Shown here: piece after piece, positions 7,772-14,665 of the stretch
Position numbering within the stretch: position 1 is the first letter of the stretch
Layout of the letters: the number at the start of each line of letters is the position of its first letter
Assembly (NCBI GenBank): GCA_050293845.1
Contig: JBNKNM010000135.1
Coordinates: 1 to 14,665, forward strand
Source of the DNA: Pseudobacteriovorax sp.
GTDB taxonomy: Bacteria > Bdellovibrionota_B > Oligoflexia > Oligoflexales > Oligoflexaceae
Direction: 5' to 3'
DNA length: 14,665 nucleotides
Notes under the pieces: model-generated
Databases searched by the model: none
What the model was told of the DNA's origin: nothing
What the model saw: the letters and a program-made list of their open reading frames with translations, nothing else
Position numbers and translations under genes: made by a program

Positions 7772-7878
7772 CGTTAGGAAACATTCTTACCTAAAAAGCA
7801 TAATTGATTCCTAATAAAGATAAACCCCTTGACGATGATACTCCTATAAGGTGTGGAGTTCAGGAAGGCAAGGGGTTT

Positions 7879-9417
7879 ATGGCAGAGACCGGTGAGAAAA
7901 GTAATTCTATACATGATCTCATTCATACAAAGTTTTTGAAATTACCCTATACAACAACTTTTGAAAGTGCCGTCATGCTCTTAGGCCAGAGACAGGAGCC
8001 TCTGGCCATTGTTGTGGATGGCAATGATCAGTTTGTTGGAGTTTTTCGCAATGAAGATCTTACCCAAGCAATTATTCATAAAAAGCCCAAAAACACCCCT
8101 ATTAAAGACTTAATTGAGACAAACCCCAAGCAGGTAAACTCTGATACGCTGATCACAAATTGCTCAAAAATCATGATTGAGCATAAATTATCTTGGATTA
8201 CAGTAGTCGATCATGGCCTTATTTTAGGTTATGTAAGTTTGCTAGATCTTCAATCACGATTTGTAGAAGAAATGAATAGGCTAGAAGATAGCAATAAAGA
8301 TTTATCAAATCAAATTGATTACCAAGATGATTACCTGGGTATAGTATCCCATGATGTCAGAACTCCCCTTAGCGTTATTTCGTTATGTTGTGATTACCTT
8401 CTCTCTGCAAACAGTCAAAAAATACTTTCTAATGATCAAATCTCATTTGTAGAAAGAATCCGTCGGAATACTGAAAATGCAGCGAATATGGTAACGGATA
8501 TCCTTGATGTGGTCAGACTAGAGAAAGGGTTTTCCCTCAATTACGTCGATACCAACATCGGTGACTTTCTAGGCGATTGTATTTCCAATCTGCAGGTTAT
8601 CGCCAACGAAAAGCATCTAGAGGTAGTCATTAATTGCGAGGAAAATATTACTGTTGCCATGGACAAGAAACGCATGATTCATGTCCTTGAGAATCTTGTT
8701 AATAATGCTGTTAAATTCTCACCAACTGGCAAAAAAATCTATGTCACAGCCTCCTCTGAGACCCGAGATGGTGAGTCCTTTCTGGTGCTATCAGTTCACG
8801 ACGAAGGGCAAGGTATCAAACCTGAAGACCGTGGGAAAATATTTAAAAAGTTTGAGCAGCTGGAATCAGGTGTCGCCAAAAAGTTAGGAATGGGATTAGG
8901 TCTGTCTATTGCGAGAAAGTTTGTTTCCCTGCACCGGGGTTTTATGGAAGTTGATGGAGGTTGGCAGAAAGGAGCTACTTTTAAGGCTTATATTCCTGGG
9001 GCCAGAAAGGGCCAAGAAGCCGAAGAAAGACCTCGCACGGGGCGCACCCGTATACTCCTTGTTGAAGACGACGCATCGATCCGTGAGTACTTTGAAGAGG
9101 AACTTGAACAAGCTGGTTATGAAGTTTTCAGTTCTTGCGATGGTGAGGATGGCATACATGCATATTTCCGTGTCAAACCAGACTTAATTATGAGCGATAT
9201 TCGCATGCCCAATGTTGATGGTTTGGAATTATTAGCAAAAGTAAGAATGACGGATAAAAACACACCTTTCATCCTATGCTCTGGATATTACCCAGGCTTA
9301 GCAGAGGACCTTACGGCAAGCGAATACAAGGCTGATCATGTTTTAGAAAAACCTGTAACTACCGATTACGTTATTAAGGTTATCAGTCAGGTTTTGCAAC
9401 ATACTAATAAGGCATAA
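7879..9417 (+). CDS. Cytoplasmic hybrid sensor histidine kinase/response regulator (CBS pair-HisKA-HATPase_c-REC)
   Basis: H box SHDVRTPL; N box ENLVNNAVKF; G1 DEGQGI; G2 GMGLGLSI; REC LLVEDD...MSDIRMP...EKP; N-terminal CBS-like VVDGNDQFVGVF / VVDHGLILGYVS; no TM segment. Start moved from 7804 to ATG 7879 (RBS AAGGGG). Confidence 0.9.
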   Translation: MAETGEKSNSIHDLIHTKFLKLPYTTTFESAVMLLGQRQEPLAIVVDGNDQFVGVFRNEDLTQAIIHKKPKNTPIKDLIETNPKQVNSDTLITNCSKIMIEHKLSWITVVDHGLILGYVSLLDLQSRFVEEMNRLEDSNKDLSNQIDYQDDYLGIVSHDVRTPLSVISLCCDYLLSANSQKILSNDQISFVERIRRNTENAANMVTDILDVVRLEKGFSLNYVDTNIGDFLGDCISNLQVIANEKHLEVVINCEENITVAMDKKRMIHVLENLVNNAVKFSPTGKKIYVTASSETRDGESFLVLSVHDEGQGIKPEDRGKIFKKFEQLESGVAKKLGMGLGLSIARKFVSLHRGFMEVDGGWQKGATFKAYIPGARKGQEAEERPRTGRTRILLVEDDASIREYFEEELEQAGYEVFSSCDGEDGIHAYFRVKPDLIMSDIRMPNVDGLELLAKVRMTDKNTPFILCSGYYPGLAEDLTASEYKADHVLEKPVTTDYVIKVISQVLQHTNKA

Positions 9418-9517
9418 AACTCTAATTTATTCTACATTAGCGAAAGTCATTAGCGTGAAATCAACAGTGGGAATCCCGCATCGTAGTACATTTAAAATTG
9501 GCCGGACGGTAAAATAT

Positions 9518-9545
9518 TTGACATATGCTATAGCTTGGTTTTAAT
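9518..9545 (+). promoter_or_regulatory. Possible sigma-70 promoter of the hydrolase gene
   Basis: TTGACA (9518-9523), 16-nt spacer, TTTAAT (9540-9545). It overlaps the ORF-track start at 9535, which favours a downstream start. Confidence 0.4.
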
Positions 9546-9585
9546 TAGAAGTTGGGATCGATTGCGTAACATAAAGGCTGCTGTT

Positions 9586-10827
9586 TTGATTGTAAAAGAA
9601 AACATAGTTACAAAAGCCCTCGGGATGGTCCCAGATCATCTAAAAATGAAGGCTGGAGAAAAGGCTTACGAGGGATTTATCGCCTTACGCCGTAAGTTGT
9701 TAGATGCGGAGGCTAAAGAAGCATTTATCGATAAAGATCATGTCATCTCCTATTGGGAAGTGGATCGTGGTAAAGATGAAACGATGCTTTTTTTACACGG
9801 ATTTGCTGATAGCAAGGATACCTTTTACGATGCGGCACAATTTCTTGTCGGTGAATACAATCTTGTTGTTCCCGACCTACCAGGATTTGGCAAAAGCTTT
9901 AAGAAAAAAAGTGAACGTTATTCTCTTGAAAATTTTGGCCGCTGGATTCTTAAATTTATTGAAGATATTGGCTTAACAGGGTTTCATTTGGTGGGAAACT
10001 CTCTCGGGGGTGCCGTAGCTATTCGTTTAGCTGCAGAAGCTCCAGAGCATGTTAAAACAGTGACATTAGTTGATCCTGCTGGTGTTTATATTCCTGAGCC
10101 CTACAATCTGCATCACGAGTTATTCGATGGGCATATCATCTTTGATATTCAAAATCGTGATGCTTTCGAGTACTTTCTGAACCGAGTATTTGTAAAGCAG
10201 CCCATCATGCCACACCCTATCCGAGATTTCATTTACAAGGAATTTTCCAGACACAACGTTTGGTATCGTAAATTACTTGCTGACCTATTCGCAGGTTTAC
10301 GTTCAGAAGACGATCCGCAGCTTATGAATATTGCCTTAAATCATTGTCTTGAGGATATCAAAAGCCCTACCCTCATCATATGGGGTGATGAAGATAGCTT
10401 TTTCCCAAAGGAAACTGCGTATCTGATGAAAAGTATAATTAGCAACTCGGAAATCCATTTTTTGATGGATGTCGGCCATGCACCTCAAATTGAAGTTCCC
10501 AGACGTTTTACTCATGTTTTAAGAAAATTTATTAAAAAACAATGCCTACTATTTGACGCTCATGAAAAACAACGCCAGCATTCCATAGGTTCCAATGTAA
10601 GTCGTGGCTTTGATGTCAAGCCACACAAGTCTGCTGCGAAAACCCCTACTGTCAGCAAAATCGAGCCGTTACCCGAACTTAAAGACAAGCAAAAGCCAGC
10701 AGATCAAAAGAATAGTTTAACAAATCAAGATTCACGTAAGAAATCAGCTAAGAAGAACGTAAAGCCCATTTCAGCGGGAAAAAAGGCAAAAGCAAAGAAA
10801 AAACCAAAATCTAGTAAGAAAAAGTGA
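9586..10827 (+). CDS. Alpha/beta-fold hydrolase (lipase/esterase-like) with Lys-rich disordered C-terminal tail
   Basis: FLHGF oxyanion motif, PDLPGFG, GNSLGG nucleophile elbow, WGDED acid, GHAP catalytic His. Likely start is TTG 9586 (AAGG RBS); the ORF is open from 9535. Confidence 0.88.
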   Translation: MIVKENIVTKALGMVPDHLKMKAGEKAYEGFIALRRKLLDAEAKEAFIDKDHVISYWEVDRGKDETMLFLHGFADSKDTFYDAAQFLVGEYNLVVPDLPGFGKSFKKKSERYSLENFGRWILKFIEDIGLTGFHLVGNSLGGAVAIRLAAEAPEHVKTVTLVDPAGVYIPEPYNLHHELFDGHIIFDIQNRDAFEYFLNRVFVKQPIMPHPIRDFIYKEFSRHNVWYRKLLADLFAGLRSEDDPQLMNIALNHCLEDIKSPTLIIWGDEDSFFPKETAYLMKSIISNSEIHFLMDVGHAPQIEVPRRFTHVLRKFIKKQCLLFDAHEKQRQHSIGSNVSRGFDVKPHKSAAKTPTVSKIEPLPELKDKQKPADQKNSLTNQDSRKKSAKKNVKPISAGKKAKAKKKPKSSKKK

Positions 10828-10852
10828 TGCTTGACAGGGAAACTAGTAAATA

Positions 10853-11135
10853 CTAGGTATGCAAACTGTTGGATGATTTTCTTCGGAAGCGAAATTATAC
10901 TGGCTATACAGCCAGTATATCATTTAGGGGTTGAATAGTTCTGATCTATACTCCTTGACATCCTACCTTACCTGGTCACTAACTAGCACGAATTTCTGTA
11001 GAAAGGATTATATAGTGACTCTGATAAAATTTTTGCTTTAAAAGCCTTATCATAGCAATTCTCCCTTGGTAGATTCTTCAAGTTCTTAAATAGCTATTTT
11101 TATTGCTTACAAATTGGTGTAAAAGCATTGTACAC
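10853..11135 (+). ncRNA. Candidate structured RNA (sRNA or 5' leader); family not recognised, strand uncertain
   Basis: Perfect 10-bp hairpin TATACTGGCT-ATAC-AGCCAGTATA (10896-10919), a cUUCGg-capped stem (10878-10889) and several further stems, downstream of TTGACA at 10831. Confidence 0.3.
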
Positions 11136-12939
11136 TTTACATTTGTGTCAACGTGAAATGGCACCCCTACGGGCCCTAGCCCTGAGAGTTGAGATGGAAT
11201 TACTTGGAATGCACAATATTAAAGATCTGCGGATGGGGCGTAAAAAACTCTTAGAGTTAGCATTTTTAGCCTATCAACGGTGCTTTGACTGGCATTTTGA
11301 TCATGTACAAATTCTCAATAAAACCCATTGCAAGTTGAATCAGTTGGCGGATATTGATGCCAATGACCCGCCCAGCATCATTAAAATCAGGGACCTGACA
11401 ACAGATACTTTCCATTGGCCTGCTATTACTGCCAAAATTAACGCCATAAAGCGTCGATTCCCGAACTGCAAAGTTGGAGGGTTAACTGCAAAACAGATTG
11501 CTGCTCATCACATCAATCATAAAGTAGCCATTAAGGAATTACTGGCTAAATATAGGCAATGTGGATTGGATTTTCTCTTGTCCGACGATCTTCAATTTTG
11601 CGAACACCCTGATTTCTCCTTCAGTGCTTGGATTGAAGTACATCGCTTAGCTCACCAGGTAGGTTTAAGTTCAGAGCTCTTACTAAACCTGCAAAAAGAA
11701 TCTGAACTCAATGAGTTTCTGAAGCTGCTGCCAATTATTAACCAGCTTCAGATAGAAACAAAAGGCTTTTTTATCGCAGAAATCGACTGTCAATCCCTCA
11801 ACTTTGTCATACAGGTGTTAATCTGCTCATTAGCAAGGGTGATTCTCAACGATTTGCCTGACATTGGTGTTTCTGTATCCCAGGAAAATCTACTAACGGG
11901 TCAGTTAACCATGTCTTTCGGCGCTAATGTTCTAGTTCGAGAATCCAGAGAAGACGACCATGAGGGATTATCTGTAAATGAGCTTAAAACGGCAATACGT
12001 AAATCTAAACGTAAATACTTGCCCTATGACATCAACTATCACGTTTCCCCAGCACCACCTTTGGACTCTATAGGACTTTACAAACTGCAACGTACTGGCG
12101 TATATGACCCAGAAGAACTAAGTAATTTCGTAGCAAGCTACCCTTTACCAGCTTTAGGTATTTTAACGAGTACAAAGATATCCAAAAAACTTGGATTTTC
12201 CTTAGAAAAGTTTTCATGCTTAAATTTACCAGAAACGCCATTAACTCAGGAAAAAATACCCGTTTATATCGATTTTTCCAACTTTGATAAAAGTGAGAAC
12301 ATTAACAGCGAAAAGCTTTTTAATTTCGTTGGTACCATCTCACAAGATAGGGACTGCACCCTCATTGGTTTGCATGGAATCTGGCAGCTGAGTCACAAGC
12401 TGTCTGTTCCACTATCAGCACTTTTTTCTAAATTTGCTGCTCTGGGTGTGAAAACTGTATCCAGCTCAGAGGACGAGTCTGAGGAAAATATTACGACTAG
12501 CGAGGTGATCCATATCCATCGTTCAGCTCACGAACAAGGGCTTTTCTCGATTGCTAAATTAGAAATATCAGCACCTTACAACGGTAACGATGTCCCTTTT
12601 TGGAGCCAGTATATTCAGAGATTATTAGCTTTTAATGACCTGAGCAAAGAGACAGGCATGATCAAAGGGATCATTGTTCAAGAATCACAAAGCGCCTTTA
12701 TATCTCTTTACGAATATTTAAAGGCCATATCAATCACCAATATTGTAAGTCATAATATACCTGAGGTGGTAGCTCCCATAAGAACTCTAAGTCGGGGTAT
12801 TTTACAACCTAAATTCGTCAACAAGCAATCACTGCTGGGCTTAATCCCAATTATTTTAGAATTTGGTGCTACCAGTATTGGCTTGCTTAACTCCGACGAG
12901 CTGGAAGAACTCGCCGAGGATCGGCGAAAGCTCAAATGA
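11128..12939 (+). CDS. Tandem degenerate CofH/MqnC/MqnE-like radical-SAM-fold protein lacking CxxxCxxC (start TTG 11128 or ATG 11158)
   Basis: Domain 1: AIKRRFP, KYRQCGLDFL, WIEVHRLAHQVGL, QLQIETKGF, LARVILNDLPDI, MSFGAN. Domain 2: KFAALGVKTV, IHIHRSAHEQGL, DLSKETGMI, EYLKAISITNIVSHNIP, LEFGAT. No CX3CX2C is present in the 603 aa. Confidence 0.75.
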   Translation: MYTLHLCQREMAPLRALALRVEMELLGMHNIKDLRMGRKKLLELAFLAYQRCFDWHFDHVQILNKTHCKLNQLADIDANDPPSIIKIRDLTTDTFHWPAITAKINAIKRRFPNCKVGGLTAKQIAAHHINHKVAIKELLAKYRQCGLDFLLSDDLQFCEHPDFSFSAWIEVHRLAHQVGLSSELLLNLQKESELNEFLKLLPIINQLQIETKGFFIAEIDCQSLNFVIQVLICSLARVILNDLPDIGVSVSQENLLTGQLTMSFGANVLVRESREDDHEGLSVNELKTAIRKSKRKYLPYDINYHVSPAPPLDSIGLYKLQRTGVYDPEELSNFVASYPLPALGILTSTKISKKLGFSLEKFSCLNLPETPLTQEKIPVYIDFSNFDKSENINSEKLFNFVGTISQDRDCTLIGLHGIWQLSHKLSVPLSALFSKFAALGVKTVSSSEDESEENITTSEVIHIHRSAHEQGLFSIAKLEISAPYNGNDVPFWSQYIQRLLAFNDLSKETGMIKGIIVQESQSAFISLYEYLKAISITNIVSHNIPEVVAPIRTLSRGILQPKFVNKQSLLGLIPIILEFGATSIGLLNSDELEELAEDRRKLK

Positions 12940-13645
12940 TCAACTCCTCATGTGTGTCTTCCCCTGGATATACTTCCTTCCTCAAGAATTCTCGTTCGGA
13001 CTCGAGAGCATCCTCTAGGACATCTTTCGTCCAAACTCTGTTGCCAGCATCCCAACGATAGCGTCGTCCCTTGAGGTTATCTTTCGCGGCAAAGGGAGCT
13101 CCTTGAGCAATGAGGCGGTATTCTTTCATAAATGAACGACTGATCAATTCTTGCATATAGGGTGAGATCAGTCGAAAGGTTGTAGCGCAGTCGAAGAGGG
13201 CTCTATGGGCAAAAGAATTTACGAATCCATGGTCAGCAGCCAGATAGTTTAAAGCCCTTGTCTTAAATCCATGTCCCTCCCAGTCTATATGCTTCATAGA
13301 ACACGCCCAGTGTATGCCTAAATCCACTAACTCTGTCCTTTGCACTAAAAAACTGCGGTCAAAGTCCATATTATGAGCAATAGCAACCGAAGAGCGTGTA
13401 AAAAATTCCCGGACATAATCCCAATTAATTTTTTGATTCTTTAGGAGCGAGTCGTCAAGTCCTGTTATAGATTTAATTTCAGAAGATAACGGGAAACCAG
13501 GATCTTCTAATGCACTATACATATTAGTAATGATAGGACTCTTACCGGATTCAATCATAAACTCTATGATACCAATTTCAATGATTTCATCTTTTTCTGA
13601 GTCCACTCCTGTAGTTTCCAAGTCAACAATGAGACCAATATCCAT
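12932..13645 (-). CDS. DEDDh 3'-5' exonuclease (DnaQ/DNA polymerase III epsilon-like)
   Basis: ExoI VDLETTG, ExoII AHNMDFD, ExoIII AHRALFDC; C-terminal APF..KD.LK.R.YRWD module; RBS GAGGA; 8-bp convergent overlap with the previous gene. Confidence 0.92.
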   Translation of the reverse strand: MDIGLIVDLETTGVDSEKDEIIEIGIIEFMIESGKSPIITNMYSALEDPGFPLSSEIKSITGLDDSLLKNQKINWDYVREFFTRSSVAIAHNMDFDRSFLVQRTELVDLGIHWACSMKHIDWEGHGFKTRALNYLAADHGFVNSFAHRALFDCATTFRLISPYMQELISRSFMKEYRLIAQGAPFAAKDNLKGRRYRWDAGNRVWTKDVLEDALESEREFLRKEVYPGEDTHEELII

Positions 13646-13673
13646 AATTAATCCTCTGATACAGGGCGACTAC

Positions 13674-13702
13674 TAGGCATATACGCCCTTTTGGTGTATA
13701 AT
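13674..13702 (+). promoter_or_regulatory. Probable sigma-70 promoter of the GAF-domain gene
   Basis: TAGGCA (13674-13679), 17-nt spacer, TATAAT (13697-13702); about 50 nt before ATG 13752. Confidence 0.5.
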
Positions 13703-13751
13703 AAAACTAAGATCTGCACTGCTAAAAACACATTCACAATAAAGACCGACC

Positions 13752-14665
13752 ATGAGCACAGCAAGAAAAGACCATGGCAAACTACCCTCATCTAGTCAAC
13801 TTGAGAAGTTAATTTTCGAGGAGTTTAATGACCTAGCTAGCAATTTGACCACCAACCGCTTCCTTGGAGATTGGAAAATTAGCACCAGTCCTGAGGAGAT
13901 TGTAGTAGAGTGGAATGCTACAAGCATTTACTTACTAAGCCATAAGACCTGGTCTAACAAGCAAAAGCTTCAGGCCTATGCTCCCTATTTAAATGACCCC
14001 AGCTGCTGCATCTGTTTGGTAGGTCAAGCGGGAGAGTATGATAGGCAGAATTATGAGCCCGATGAGCGTTTGCAAGAAGTCATTCTTCCCATGAGCGCAC
14101 TTCACTTAAAACTAGCCCTCAAAAACATCTTCCATCTGCAATCAACAATAAAGGCTTCCGAATCAAAACAAGAAGTCATAGCTGAAGCCTCGCAGCACGT
14201 AAAGTATGTATTGCAAATCTCCCGAGAACTTAACGGGGTGCGCGATACCAATAAGCTACTTTCCTTAATTCTTACCAAAGCTCGTGAAGTTACCAATGCC
14301 GATGCGGGATCGATCTACGTGGTCGATCGTGGTGATGCCCTTGATGATGAAGGTGAAATCGTATTCAAAATAACTCAAAATGAAACTGTAGAACAGGACC
14401 TCGATGAGTTTCGCATTCCCATTTCGGACAGTTCCATCGTGGGAAATGCGGTGCTTCATGGCAAAAGTATTAACATAGATGACCTCTATGCCCTAGACCC
14501 AGACCCTAGCAAAAATTCCTATGGAGCCAGGCACGATCGCACCTGGGATGAAAGAATTGGGTACCAATGCCGTTCCATGCTCACGCTACCTATGTTTGAT
14601 ATAACCCATAATGTGGTGGGAGTGATTCAACTTATCAACAAAAAAAAGCCAAATGTCTCTAATTT
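13752..14665 (+). CDS. GAF-domain protein, probably a GAF/HD-GYP cyclic-di-GMP phosphodiesterase (3' end beyond the window; not in the ORF track)
   Basis: Manual translation is open from ATG 13752 to the window end: MSTARKDHG...ISRELNGVRDTNKLLSLILTKAREVTNADAGSIYVV...IPISDSSIVG...GYQCRSMLTLPM...VGVIQLINKK. The catalytic domain is not visible. Confidence 0.85.
   Translation, partial: MSTARKDHGKLPSSSQLEKLIFEEFNDLASNLTTNRFLGDWKISTSPEEIVVEWNATSIYLLSHKTWSNKQKLQAYAPYLNDPSCCICLVGQAGEYDRQNYEPDERLQEVILPMSALHLKLALKNIFHLQSTIKASESKQEVIAEASQHVKYVLQISRELNGVRDTNKLLSLILTKAREVTNADAGSIYVVDRGDALDDEGEIVFKITQNETVEQDLDEFRIPISDSSIVGNAVLHGKSINIDDLYALDPDPSKNSYGARHDRTWDERIGYQCRSMLTLPMFDITHNVVGVIQLINKKKPNVSN

Noticed and set aside
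7767..7778. Palindrome CCTAACGTTAGG at the kelch gene stop as a terminator
   Set aside because: The stem is short, overlaps the stop codon and has no U-tract.
8681..9976. Short ORFs 8681-8887, 8896-9159, 8909-9187 and 9704-9976
   Set aside because: They are out-of-frame or antisense shadows within the kinase and hydrolase genes.
10866..10925. Hammerhead ribozyme (GATGA-stem-CGAAA-stem)
   Set aside because: The core reads TGGATGA rather than CTGANGA, stem II lacks the closing G-C pair, and the stem III/cleavage-site register does not fit.
11128..12939. Active MqnE/MqnC/CofH/FbiC enzyme, or a pseudogene
   Set aside because: There is no CX3CX2C in either half, so no gene symbol is given. The 1.8-kb frame is uninterrupted, so it is not called a pseudogene.
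12750..14459. Short minus-strand ORFs 12750-12935, 14102-14296 and 14265-14459
   Set aside because: They are antisense to the radical-SAM-fold gene and to the GAF gene starting at 13752.

Overview
A roughly 39% GC (estimated by eye) bacterial chromosomal segment. A TIGR02147-type regulator and a secreted 'GNGGD...HExxH' protein suggest a Bdellovibrionota/Oligoflexia-like host (inference). In order, the window contains: an irregular, stuttered, pyrimidine-rich repeat array (1-437); a YbaN/DUF454 gene; an operon of a di-haem MauG/CcP-family peroxidase with two different blue-copper proteins; a convergent operon of an AI-2E transporter and a lipoprotein with an atypical CX5CH haem motif; a TIGR02147 regulator coupled to a secreted HExxH + 7-blade kelch protein; a CBS-domain hybrid histidine kinase; an alpha/beta hydrolase with a Lys-rich tail; a 300-bp hairpin-rich intergenic region (ncRNA or leader candidate); a tandem, cluster-less MqnE/MqnC/CofH-like radical-SAM-fold protein; a DEDDh 3'-5' exonuclease; and a 3'-truncated GAF (probably HD-GYP) gene that the ORF track missed. 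The most promising leads are the double degenerate radical-SAM-fold protein with its structured upstream region, the Tyr-ligated MauG-type redox cluster with no mauAB in this window, and the stutter repeat array. All calls are from motif reading; no searches were run.
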